Below are positions 52,101 to 61,169 of a DNA stretch of 64,000 nucleotides, in pieces. Every line of letters begins with the position of its first letter. Within the stretch, counting starts at the first letter, position 1. This stretch comes from Octopus bimaculoides (lineage: Eukaryota): assembly GCF_001194135.2 (NCBI RefSeq), contig NC_068991.1:40577068-40641067 (forward strand), read 5' to 3'. The translations under genes and the position numbers were made by a program. The notes beneath the pieces were generated by a model that saw nothing but the letters and a program-made list of their open reading frames with translations, searched no databases and was not told the DNA's origin.

Positions 52101-52665
52101 TATTTGAGTAGCTTTGGTTCTTGCACATTTGATATCTTTAACTATTTTGGAATCAGGACATGCATTTTGAATTAGTCCAGGTAAATGATCCATAAGTCTC
52201 ACTGGTAAGTTATGTTTTGCAGCTGCTATGTTTGTAATATGAACAGAAGTTGTACACTGCAAAAATTCGGTCAGTTTTCTACTTTTAATTTCTGAATTAA
52301 CATTTTTAATATGCTGTTGTGTTTGAGGAGAGTCATTCTCTTTTAGTGCCTTATAGTGCTTCAACACACGAACTCACATAAAGAATCTTACAAACCAAAT
52401 CCAAAAACAAAATTTTTAATATGTTAAAACAAAAATACATATAAGGAAAACCTTATCTTTATTGTAGAATTCACCTTATAAAGTCAGCAATTGTTTCTAT
52501 TGGATAAATATATATAGATATAAAAATGATATTTGGATCTACTTGTTATACATGAGGAATTACCTTGGATGCGTATTCTACTTACATTTACTGGTGTCTG
52601 GTTGTTGGATATAGTTAACCAAATTTGTTTAAAACTGAGTGCTTTGAATTTTTTAATCTCTTTTT

Positions 52666-52745
<80 letters not shown>

Positions 52746-53664
52746 TTCCCCAGGGCTAGACATGTTTTTCACAGATTAGAATCAAACAACAGTACCTGCA
52801 TGACAGTGATGTATGTTTACAATCATCAAGTGACATCAAGACAAGAGTACACATAAACACACACAATGCATACATGTGTATGTGTATGTGTGTGTGTCAG
52901 TCAGGCTTCTTTCAGTTTACCTCTTCCAAATCCACTCACAAGGCTTTGGTCAGGTGAAAGCTATAGTGGAAGACATTTGCCCAAGATGTTGCACAGTAGA
53001 ACTGAACCCAAGACCACACAACTGGAAAGCAATCTTCTTGACTACACAGCTATGCCTACCCCTATCTCTGAAATACACATTTTTCAACTACTGAGACCAT
53101 AGTGATTTATTTGGTACAGAAATATAAAGTGAGTGGGGATTATAATTAACTGAAATATTTAATGAAATTAACACCTTGTCTCTTTCACAAAATTTCAAGT
53201 ACTAGTGTGCCTAAAATGTATAATACTGGGTAGTAAAGAAATGAAAGTATTGAAAATTGTGGATTTGGTTTAATTAAGTAAAATCTATTTCAAGTACACT
53301 GGTAATTTATGAAATCCACAAAGGAGTTGAGAAAATGACTGGACATCAAGGGTACTGACTACTATGGATGTGTAATGTGAAAAAAATGTGGTTAATGAAT
53401 GAAAACTTAAAGCTCTAGATTAAAATTAAAAACTCAGAAAATAGTTTAAAATCCACTTGGTAATATGGAGTCTCATGAATAAGAAGATACAGGCACAAAA
53501 CTCTGTGTAAAATGTTGTGTTGTCCACTTATCTATATTTGATTGTTTTCTATCACCAGGATGAAAAGTCAGAATGATGAACTAAAATCATTGAAATCAGA
53601 AAATACTTTGTTAATAAATGAGAATACCAAGGTATATGAAGAACTGAATAAAATGAAGGAGATG
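13327..53664 (+). CDS. Spliced gene model (10 coding exons, 291 aa in window, 3' end uncertain): Hook/NuMA-type CH domain + coiled coil, NuMA/Mud-like
   Basis: Exons 13327-13362, 15288-15373, 21940-22007, 23476-23543, 25943-26117, 28498-28533, 35727-35785, 43325-43445, 44659-44776 and 53559-53664 all have AG/GT ends, matching phases (0,2,1,0,1,1,0,1,2,0) and sum to 873 nt with no stop. The product MDLSKKDVLIQWLNKINPHLVIESLSDLREGEQFIALLNKI..RKERFEIIQKFIE..DELDFAKIAVLVLAAGVKGEPQEEFMKAALSLNVQSQLEIMSILKQAL.. matches the Hook/NuMA CH pattern as I recall it. LKKLDHELEYERHHCFELE..KDDKIQELNNQI resembles the start of the NuMA coiled coil. Orthology is not verified. Confidence 0.85.
13560..14302 (+). 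mobile_element. RTE-clade LINE 5' fragment (APE endonuclease)
   Basis: VGTVNVGTL, CTQEVRW, ISAYAPQ, AGDFNGHVG, NQIDFIL. Confidence 0.9.
14291..15220 (+). mobile_element. Mariner 3' two-thirds (third family) with a 68 bp internal tandem duplication
   Basis: WVPYEL, VTFDEKW, LQDNARPH, YSPDLDPTD; right TIR ..TTGACGACCTAA|TA; duplication at 14641-14778. Confidence 0.9.
15288..15373 (+). CDS. Coding exon c2 (LNKINPHLVIESLSDLREGEQFIALLNK)
   Basis: Acceptor cttcccttccag, donor AT|gtaagt; the LSDLxxG motif is typical of CH domains. Confidence 0.9.
15428..19538 (+). mobile_element. Full-length decayed Ty3/Gypsy LTR retrotransposon
   Basis: LTRs 15428-15731 and 19256-19538 (TG..CA), 5 bp TSD TGAAC on both sides, PPT GAGATAAAGGAGA before the 3' LTR. 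Gag has CYWCRQAGHITRNC; PR ALVDTG; RT VDLKSAY and NIDDIL; RH VWCDAS; IN MVDCG, IDNS and GNGIMER, in gag-PR-RT-RH-IN order. Confidence 0.95.
20745..20965 (-). mobile_element. RTE LINE C-terminal fragment
   Basis: Minus-strand RGxxKKTWNKVV-type motif, as at 36852-37064. Confidence 0.7.
21069..21276. repeat. Fold-back / MITE-like inverted repeat (~80 bp arms)
   Basis: 21069-21148 is an imperfect reverse complement of 21197-21276. Confidence 0.8.
21940..22007 (+). CDS. Coding exon c3 (KDTSHDVTTRKERFEIIQKFIE)
   Basis: Acceptor ttgttttatttag, donor G|gtatgt; phase 2 to 1. Confidence 0.85.
22378..22437. repeat. 18 bp tandem repeat x3.3 (GTCACTGGCCTACTCACT)
   Basis: Direct reading. Confidence 0.95.
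22510..23155 (+). mobile_element. Two stacked RTE-type 3' tails ending in (GAT)n
   Basis: Shared ..CCATGCCAGCATGGA..CATTAAATGATGATG tail, also at 25430, 39240 and 43960. Confidence 0.75.
23228..23375 (-). mobile_element. SINE fragment (Meta-type core)
   Basis: TTATCAACCCCGAAAGAATGAAAGGCAAAGTC..GAATTTGAACTCAG. Confidence 0.7.
23476..23543 (+). CDS. Coding exon c4 (KYDYKLVEQVNFDKADELDFAK)
   Basis: Acceptor atctttgtttctag, donor AAG|gtaagc; ELDFAK recalls NuMA ELELAK. Confidence 0.9.
24007..25047 (+). mobile_element. ~1 kb LTR-like sequence followed by a tRNA-Trp-type PBS; internal part lost
   Basis: Starts TGTAGCG, has AATAAA near 24865, then TGGTGACCC at 25036 (complement of the tRNA-Trp 3' end). 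Confidence 0.6.
25103..25375 (+). mobile_element. tRNA-derived SINE (second family)
   Basis: A-box-like TGGTCTAGTGGTTAAG, B-box-like remnant, GTTCTTGAGCAAAACACTT core. Confidence 0.65.
25430..25870 (+). mobile_element. RTE-type 3' tail with an expanded ~25-30 bp internal repeat
   Basis: Repeated (A)TGCYRGTGCCACATAA..GCAC units, then the common tail. Confidence 0.7.
25943..26117 (+). CDS. Coding exon c5 (IAVLVLAAGVKGEPQEEFMKAALSLNVQSQLEIMSILKQALTLPLYNLQLDNLFTHKH)
   Basis: Acceptor gattatttcag, donor T|gtgagt; C-terminal helices of a Hook-type CH domain. Confidence 0.9.
26476..26805 (-). mobile_element. Solo LTR, CpG-rich
   Basis: Minus strand starts TGTAGTGA and has AATAAA near its end; flanks AAATT / CAATT (4/5 TSD). 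Confidence 0.65.
27024..28242 (+). mobile_element. Full-length decayed mariner (fourth family, irritans-like)
   Basis: TA|TGAGGATGGGCTGAAAAGTTC...GAACTTTTCAGCTGACCCTTG|TA; QDECCVH, QDNAPA, YSSELVPSEYHLF. Confidence 0.9.
28498..28533 (+). CDS. Coding exon c6 (EIFDSENNEHS)
   Basis: Acceptor cattttacaattttccag, donor CAG|gtcagt; phase 1 to 1, frame-preserving. Confidence 0.7.
28568..29270 (-). mobile_element. RTE LINE 3' end
   Basis: (CAT)n tail, 3' UTR, then minus-strand KGRLYDACV..MLHGSETWAV. Confidence 0.85.
29950..30345 (+). mobile_element. Full-length tRNA-derived SINE
   Basis: Head as 7345-7505, central (TA)n, 3' half as 8765-8990. Confidence 0.8.
30512..32410 (-). mobile_element. Mutator-like (MULE) DNA transposon, decayed
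   Basis: WLADRTFK, LIDFE, YFEDNYIG and TNNAIEGWH motifs; repetitive imperfect TIRs containing TTAGCGAAGTCATTTTG at both ends; no TSD found. Confidence 0.85.
33726..35180 (+). mobile_element. Mariner copy B (family of A/C) with an insertion near its 3' end
   Basis: Left TIR TTGAGTCATCCCATAAATAATGC, right GCATTATTTACGGGATGA; DD34D spacing counted. Confidence 0.92.
34947..35117. mobile_element. Non-coding hairpin mini-element, 13 bp TSD
   Basis: TTTGTTTATCTTA at 34934-34946 and 35118-35130; arms 35004-35052 / 35069-35118. Confidence 0.85.
35727..35785 (+). CDS. Coding exon c7 (MSYHDTSWSSDKSAIHANY, linker)
   Basis: Acceptor accttctattgtag, donor TAT|gtaagt; supplies the phase 1 to 0 change required between c6 and c8; no homology support. 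Confidence 0.65.
36100..36475. repeat. Unclassified dispersed repeat, copy 2
   Basis: Homologous to 4395-4770. Confidence 0.8.
36640..37165 (-). mobile_element. RTE LINE 3' end
   Basis: RLCWFGHVMSIDED..GRGRPRKTWDEVVRKDL. Confidence 0.85.
37505..38190 (+). mobile_element. Mariner 5' half (fifth family), decayed
   Basis: Remnants EQRSVI, IVTGNET and MLTVFWD in shifting frames. Confidence 0.7.
38360..38700 (+). mobile_element. Second Penelope-like GIY-YIG remnant
   Basis: RFYQHATSFR and YTTKKCKLCIAEK motifs typical of PLE endonuclease C-termini. Confidence 0.6.
41133..42375. repeat. Degenerate minisatellite, ~26 bp unit GCATTCATGTTTGCCTGCTTGCTGTA, roughly 45-50 units
   Basis: Direct reading; head-to-tail units with no unique spacers. 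Confidence 0.95.
43325..43445 (+). CDS. Coding exon c8 (EIKEKNMLLKKLDHELEYERHHCFELECNFKAYQKIISSK)
   Basis: Acceptor acatgtattag, donor AAG|gtaatg; start of coiled coil. Confidence 0.85.
43960..44195 (+). mobile_element. RTE-type 3' tail
   Basis: Same tail as 22510-23155; other copies at 39240-39430 (+) and 43505-43680 (-). Confidence 0.7.
44659..44776 (+). CDS. Coding exon c9 (DKIQELNNQIRELKKLQDQIDDYHNLKDEYDKLEATAT)
   Basis: Long pyrimidine tract then ctttag; donor AA|gtatgt; heptad-like. Confidence 0.9.
44931..48920 (-). mobile_element. Ty3/Gypsy (Mag-like) LTR retrotransposon, decayed, 5' LTR not found
   Basis: IN HIDF..VVVDSFTKW..VSDNGTQF..SNGQTE; RH ASRTL..IEKEAL..ADSLSR; RT remnants; gag CFHCGNTKHIKSHC near 48255-48300. 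PPT AAGGGGGAGA at 45200-45191 is followed by an LTR starting TGTAGTG at 45190; its far end is approximate. Confidence 0.9.
50183..51549 (-). mobile_element. 5'-truncated L1/Tx1-clade LINE (mostly in a gap)
   Basis: Intact-looking WTEKKLSLKGR..YRLTV..LFRFLWKG..GGLGMP; AATAAA at the 3' end; splits the hAT between LLHVSC and LSLEQ. Confidence 0.85.
52314..52412. mobile_element. Second copy of the inverted mini-element, 11 bp TSD
   Basis: TTTTTAATATG at 52303-52313 and 52413-52423; essentially the same two ends as 34947-35117 in the opposite orientation. Confidence 0.8.
52902..53058 (-). mobile_element. tRNA-derived SINE (5' half)
   Basis: Homologous to 7345-7505. Confidence 0.8.
53559..53664 (+). 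CDS. Coding exon c10 (MKSQNDELKSLKSENTLLINENTKVYEELNKMKEM)
   Basis: Acceptor ttttctatcaccag, donor ATG|gtatgt; phase 2 matches c9. Confidence 0.85.
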
Positions 53665-54072
53665 GTATGTAAAAAGTTGGGGGGAGAGGAAGTGATAATT
53701 GGATGGTTTATACACTGACATTTTAATTGAAATATCACTTATTATTTTTCTCTGGCTTTCTCTATTTCTCTGTCTATTTTTCTCACATTCATCATTGATT
53801 CCACTATTTCTGCATCTCCCTTTTTCCTCTCCCCCACTCAAACCCTCTTAGTTTCTCTCTTGCTGCATTTCACTACTTTTTTCCTCCTCCTCCTCCTTCT
53901 ATACTAATGTTGCCACTTCTACTATAATTATAAGTACCAACTGTTCCTTTATTTTACTCTGAACTACTTCCTTTCGCATGACATAAGAGGCAGGTAGATA
54001 GGTACTACTGTATTAATTATAGATATGTTTATATAAGATATATATATATATATATATATATATACCCACACA

Positions 54073-54926
54073 CAGGGTGCAGTGAATAAACTGTTGTCTA
54101 AATTACGCAAAAATGAAAATAACACTGACAACTCATTTTAAAAGATATATTTCCCAAGATTACATAAAAGTATCTTGAAATACTAAAGAGCAAATTTATT
54201 CAATAAAATTGTCATTGACTTGAACCATGGCCTCCAGAGGACTTCGGAACTTCCTGTAACTCTTCTGGTCTGTCTCCTTGTTTAAGTTGGTAAATGTTGC
54301 CATAATCCTTGCCTTCAGTTTCTCTTTCGTGTTATGAGGAGTTTTGTTGGTCTCTCACTCAACTATGCCTGACACATAATAATCAAGGGGGTTGCAGTCT
54401 GGGGAGTTAGGTGGCCAGATGTTAGGAGTGATGTGGTCACAGAAATTGTCTGGCAGCCATGACTGGGTTCTCCTTGTATGGTATGGTACAGAATCCTGTT
54501 GCCAGACATAGGGTCTTCCAGCAGACACCCTTTTAACTCAAGGCAACACTATCTCCTCCAAGCACTTGATGTAGGCCTCCATGTTGAGTCTAAGGCCATG
54601 TGGGAAGATGAATGGAGGCATAACATTGCCATCACTCCAAACGTCATGATGTTGACTGGATGTTTGATTTTTATCACTCTCAGTACATGTCTTCAGACTG
54701 AGGTGCAAACACTCTGAAATTATCATATTAGAGCTTCTGGTTCGAATACCAAGCAGTACAGCATGTTGTTTCCAAATTTCTGGCAGAGTGAATTGCCTCA
54801 TGGTGCTGTTTTTCTCACAGATGGTGCCCAACTTCTATACTGCATAGTTCACAAAATCAAAAACAAACAATGTGCATGCACGAAATTAAAAACATAAAAT
54901 GGTGCCAATTTACCCATCACACCCTG
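54073..54926 (-). mobile_element. maT-type (DD37D-like) element, internally deleted
   Basis: TIRs CAGGGTG..; YVWQQDS..IWPPNSPDCNPLDYY. Confidence 0.8.
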
Positions 54927-54986
54927 TGTGTATGTGTGTGTGTGTATATATGTGTTTATATATTTGTGTGTATGCATATATATATA

Positions 54987-56234
54987 TTGGGTCATCCCAT
55001 AAATAATGTGATTTTTATATACTTTTATTTTTCAAATTTAAGATAAACAAAGTTCTTTTTTAATCTAAAATATACTCTCCTTCATTTTCTGCAATGCTTT
55101 TCCATGTATCTGGTAGATTTGCAAGGCCCCTATTTCAAAATTCACTTGTCCGTGGTGAAAAATACTTCTCCAGTACTGTTCTGACCTCATCTACAGAATT
55201 AATATTTTGTCCATCCAAATGATTTTGAAGACTGCAGAATAAATGATAATCAGATGGGGTGATGTCTGGCAAATATGGTGGGTGGGGCATCGTTTCCCAT
55301 TCAAACTGCTCCAGCCTTTAGAATATCATCCTAGCTACATGTGGCCGAGCATTATCCTGATGGAAGAACACCTTTTGTCTTGAAAGATGGTCATTTTTCT
55401 TCTAGCACTCACTTAAGTTGCTCAAGCTGCTTGCAGTAGATCTCCTTTGTTATTGTTTGGTTTGGATTTAAAAGTTCAAAGTGGACTAAACCTTTCATAT
55501 CCTACCAAACAGATAACAACACTTTATGTGGATGAAGACCTTCTTTAGCCTGAGGTGTTGGTGTTTCTCCTTTCCCTACCTACTGTTTATGGCACTTGAC
55601 ATTTTTATAGAGAAAGCATTTCTCATCACCAGTAACTATTCGGCCCCAAAAAGGTCCAGCAAAGAAGAGCACATGTTTACTCTGTGCATACGATTAGACA
55701 GGAACCCATTAACCCAACTTGCTAACTTTTCTGATGGCATACAGGTATTGATGAATGGTTGAATGACCAAATCCAAGCTTTTCTACTAGTTCCTAACAGT
55801 TATGATGTGAATTTTTTCACCAGAGTTTGCAGGATGTCCTCATCAAGCTCTACAGATGTCTCAGGATGAGGCTCGTCTTCTAGGCTGTAGTATCCAGCTC
55901 AGAATCTCTGGAACCCCCATTGACACTGGCTTATACTTATTGTCCAATCTCCATATCCTGCATTAATATTCCTTGCACATTCTGTTGCATCATTGCCTTT
56001 ATTGAACTCATAAAGCAAAATATGCTGAATATGCTCCTTTGTCTCTTCCATTATAGCTTTGAAAAAATAACTGTTAAAAGTGAACTACACTCTTCAAAAC
56101 TTACACTAAGAATAAGGACATGGTAAAATTACTACCTGTTTTTATAGCAAATTGTTGCAGGTAATTTATACCCATCCCACCCTGACTTTTAGTTCATCCA
56201 ATTGAAAAAATTGCGTTATTTATGGGATGACCCC
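54987..56234 (-). mobile_element. Mariner copy C, full length, opposite orientation to A and B
   Basis: TA|TTGGGTCATCCCATAAATAATG...CGTTATTTATGGGATGACCCC; reverse complement of A/B along its length. Confidence 0.92.
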
Positions 56235-56546
56235 NNNNNNNNNNNNNNNNNNNNNNNNNNNNNNAACTGATGAGATCCAGACATTCTCAGTATAGAAGAC
56301 AGTAGCTCTCAAGATTCTGATGTCTTTACAGGGGATCAATTCCACAGGGTAAATGGCTATAAGAGGGATCAAGTTGAGCAAATATGGAAGCAAATATGCA
56401 AATATGCAAATAAATGAAATATATTAAATATAACTGTTTGGGTATGAAATACAAAATATGTGTCTATGTATACATGTCAAACGAGAGAAAGCAACAAGTG
56501 AAGACTTTCAGACGATGAATATTCAAGTATAAATGTATAGATATTT

Positions 56547-59500
56547 GGTTCTTGGTAATTGAACTCCTGGTAATTTCACTCCCGATATTTTGGCTCCAGT
56601 AATTTGACCTCTAGTAATTTGACTGCCAGTCAATTTCACTCCTAATATTAGAAAAAAAAATGAATAAAACATTGCAATTCATTATTATTGTTATTATTAT
56701 TGTTGGTGTTGATGATGATGATTTACGGCATGGGTTCCCAACCTGGTCCATGTGGACCACTAGGTAGTCCACAGGAAAATTCAGATGGTCTGTGGAAAAT
56801 TTTCTGTGGTCCACCTGAAGAATTAAAATTTTTCCGTGCACGCACATGTTGCGTAAACAAAATATGCCTCATTGCATATGCGTAAGCATATGCAAGTGCA
56901 CTCATTGCCTATTGGATGATTAGCTGTCTAATCATACATGGATGCGTACCAGACAGGTACAGACACGTACAATCAGATCCACATTTGCACACATTAAAAA
57001 CACACAAAAAGTTGTGTTCTCAGACGGTCAATGTGATCGTGTTTTCTACCGGACTTTTGAATTGAGGATTACTAATGAAACTACAGTGCTTACAGCTCAC
57101 CTAACATATCATATTACCTCTCCAGGTACAAACATTTTTATGCAAGTGTTAGTCTAATTGTAATCTGTAGAAATTTTGCTGTCAGTGATATGGAAAAATG
57201 TTCCCTTAATTCTCTGTCCACCGACTCAGAAAAAAGTTTCTGTAGACAATATCACAAAGATTATATCAAATATGGTTTTGTATCCAGTGTAGATCTTTTT
57301 TACCACAGTGTATTATCTGCTCAAAAATATTAACTAATAACTCAATGAAACCCTCAAAATTATATCATCTACAAAAATATCCATCCTGGTTTATTTGGCA
57401 AGCCAAAGGAGTACTTTGAAGAATACCATTGCAAAAAAAAAATGTCTCATTTTCATCGCTCAAAAGTTTCCTCATCTATACTAATAACCATTCTGGTCTG
57501 GCAGGTGTCCTATAACATTTTGCTCATGATAGCAAAATGGGGTCGCCCACATACCATTGCCAAAGATCTGATTAGGCCCACCATACTTGAAGTATATAAA
57601 GTTGCTGATGTGCCAAACAGTGCCTTAGTTTTAGGAAAGTATTCTACTTTCAAACAACACTGTATCTTCCTGCATTTGTGAAATGGCTGAAGATGTCGAA
57701 TCCATAGTTGTAGAAGACTTGAGACACTGCAGATTCTTGTTGACAGTGGATGACAGCACTTTTAACAACAAATGTGTTGTCCTTGCCTTTGCTTGCTATG
57801 TGAAAGGTACCACAATTTGTGAAAACCTACTCTTTATGAAAACCATACTGAAAAGCATGGGAGAGATGATCTACAATGCAGTCATGGATTATCTTACTAA
57901 AAATGGCATTGATCCCCTCAACCTCATATCAATATGCACTGACGGAACACCATCTATGATTGGCAAATCCCAGGGTTTTGTTGCCAGATGGATAGAATTT
58001 AATCCCGTCTTCACAATTCATTGTGTTCTCTATCAAGAAGACCTGATAGCAAAAAGAACCAGAAATAATATACTTTCTGAAACCCTAGACTTAATTGCTT
58101 CCTCAGTAAAAAAAAATCAAAAGATCTGCTCATCAAGACAGGCATTTTCAGTTGTATTTGACAGATATATGCTGGCTATCAATGGGAAGTTGTCCCGGAC
58201 GTTTTGTGTCACTTTTCGGTAAAGTCATAGAGTTTCTTCAACAGACTGATCCAACTATGACAGCATCACTTTCTCAGAAAAAACCTGTAATATTTTATTT
58301 ACATGAAATCTTTCAAAAACTTAATGACCTCAATATTTCTTTACAAAAGCAAACATCAACATTGTATGAGCCAGACACTTGATAAGGGCGTTTGTGAATA
58401 AACTCATTCTTTGGAAACTTCAAATTGAAGATCATAACTTTCTGCAGTTCATAAACTTAAAAACTGTTGTGGTAGATAACGACTTGCACAAATATATAAT
58501 CGGACATCTATCTTTCTTTCATGAAAACTTCAATATTTGTTTTGAAGATCTTTTGGTTTTAAATATCCTAATTTTTGTGGACTCTCTTTACACAATGTCT
58601 ATGAATGATATACTTGTTCAACCAGAATGTGTTCAGATGGAGCTATGTGAGGCGACGGTAGATGATAATCTGCGCAAATCATCTGAAAACAACTGGGTCA
58701 AGGCTTGATTGAATCATTCTCACGAATATCCAAAGCTGTTTGTACAAGTTGAGCCTTTTATTATAAATCTCCCAATATCCTACTTGGCTGAAAAGGGATT
58801 TTCCCTTGTCCTCCCTTGTTCAGGAAGCAGCAGAAGCATTTGAACCTCAATAACAATGCTGATTTGAGAATTTGCTTGAGCTGAAAAGAGCCAAGGATTT
58901 CTCAGCTTGTGGATAAAAAGCAAGCCCAAGGGTCTCACTGAAGGTTTCTTGACATTTTTCCTGACAACTTGTTGCTGACATTTTTAAGTTAATTCAATTT
59001 GTTATATTCCCTCAAACATTTACACAACCTTTTGTACTGATCCCAACTTCATTCCTCACATTTTTTAAAATTTACCCTTCACATTATTATATTTTAACTG
59101 TACAGCTTATTTTTTTAATAAAAGGGGGTGTTTCCCACGACTCAGTAACCTTTTCTATTCAATTCTATCAAATAAAGCTTCCTTGAGAATCATATGCATT
59201 TGCAAGTTGGCTTTGTTATTGGTGTTCTCAGTTATTTGTTCTCTGTGATGTCACAAGAACGAAAAAGGAACTTTCATTGCAAAGTGAAAATGATACTAAT
59301 ATTTATGAGTAGTAGTTCTTTTATAATAAATTAAAAATTTGAGGTGGTCCACAATGGAAAATGGTTGAGAACCCCTGATTTACAGGATAATTCAGTTAAC
59401 TGAAAGTATCATTTAAGTCACCTATTTGGTTGTTTATTTGCAGAGTAATTTAGTTAACTGAAAGTATATTTTCAGTCATCCATTCAGGTGTTTTATTTAA

Positions 59501-60914
59501 ATAGGTTATACATGATGAAGCTTATACCATAATTAAGCACATCGGTGAACATCATCATAGTTCGTGTGCTTCAAAACCCAAAGTTTATGAAACTTTAGCG
59601 GACCTAAAGGCACAGTAGCTGCTTCCCAGGAATCTTCTTGCTCATTAAATGTGACTGCTTATGAAAAGCTTAATGAAAATGAAATGGCTCATATACCCTC
59701 CTCTTTGTGTGTAAGTCACAATATAAGCAACTGGCATCAAGCAAAAGTATGTGCCCCTCCAATTCCTCAGTCAATTTGGCTATGAGATACCTAATGAATA
59801 CAAGTTCCTTGATAGTGGCAAACTTTTCTTGCAGTTTGATAGTGGTGAAACTGATGTAGACAGATTACTTGTGTTTGCAACTTATAAAGGGCATGACTTA
59901 GTGAATGTAAAACACTGGGCAGGTGATAGAACTTTTAAGTGCTTCCCAACTGTATTTCATCAGTTGTACAAGTGGGTTCATTCAGTATTCTGCGATTGTT
60001 TGCATTACTTCCAAACAAAAATCAAGAAACTTACACCTGCCTCTTTAATAAGCTAATTGAATTACATAAGGACTGAGCCCTGAAAACATTATGATGTATT
60101 TTGAAAAAGCTATTATTAGAATTTTATCTATTTCCTAGTGCTTCTATCTCATGTTGTCTTTTTCATCTATCTCAGAACATATACAAAAAAAGTATGTGAA
60201 TTTGGCTTTAAGGAAAGATACCATCATATTAATGAGCTTAGCATTAAAATCAGATGTTTTTCAGCACTGGCTTTTCTTCCTCTCAATGATTGACAGATTT
60301 GAAGAGCTTGTAGAAGACAGCAATCTTCCTCAAGAACTTGTGTCCTACTTTAAATTATCATGTGTAGGATGCATGCAAGGTAGAGGAATTAGACAACGAA
60401 GAACTTCTCCTTTGCTTCCTATTGAAAGTTGGAATGTCTGCTTTCGAACAGAATCAGATATGTCTTGCACTAATAACCATTTAGAGGTATTACAATGCCC
60501 TACAAAGTTCTTTAACTTGCGCACATCCGAATATATGGAAATTAATTACTGCATTGAAAAGGGAAGAACACTTGGCACAGCTAAGAAAGGTTGAATTTGA
60601 TCAAGGTGAGATATGTGAGACCAAAAAAAGTATAAAAAGATAAACAAATGGCTGCAGATAATTATTGAGTAACATAGTCCCGAAAATAAGATGGATTTTT
60701 TTTTATAAGCAATAGCTCATAACCGTCATCATTATTGAAGCTTTTAATAATATTTTTATGTTTTACTGTACTTTTTATTTTATCTTTATCCAACATTTTT
60801 TTTTTTTTTCTAATATCAGAAGTGAAATTGACTGGCAGTCAAATTACCGGGGTTCAAATTACTGGAGTCAAAATATTGGGAGTGAAATTACCAAGAGTCA
60901 AATTACTGGTTACC
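56547..60914 (+). mobile_element. MULE with ~110 bp TIRs and 8 bp TSD AGATATTT, interrupted by a hAT
   Basis: TIRs 56547-56655 / 60805-60914; transposase remnants WAGDRTFK..FHQLY and TNNHLE at 59751-60594. Confidence 0.9.
56729..59377 (+). mobile_element. hAT Buster/Charlie-type transposon nested in the MULE
   Basis: TIRs CATGGGTTCCCAACC / GGTTGAGAACCCCTG; TSD ATTTACGG / ATTTACAG with central TA; BED-finger remnant, TVDDST, ICTDGTPSM, HCVLY. Confidence 0.92.
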
Positions 60915-61169
60915 AGATATTTATATTAATAGATCCAACTTACACAGTACAAGCAACAGACAAAATTAAAGGGGAGGAATTAAGGTGTTATAAGTCCAAT
61001 AGCTATTTCTGGGGGCTTGGTGAACCATCATAATGTTGGTAGGTGTAATTCATCACAATATGCAAGCTGTAATGGAAACAATCAACATTGGATAAATTGA
61101 ACCTCTGTCATCAGGCTAGAAAAGATCTTAACATATACAGATATATGTATGTATGTATGTATGTATATA

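Larger units (their letters stand above)
48956..52480 (-). mobile_element. hAT DNA transposon, decayed, interrupted by a LINE and a mini-element
   Basis: Terminus CAGGTTTGCCA; FASDNASVM, CVCHSMH, LSLEQVVKRILEQW and LSLPHSS..RIFS (C-terminal dimerisation domain); other end not found. Confidence 0.88.
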
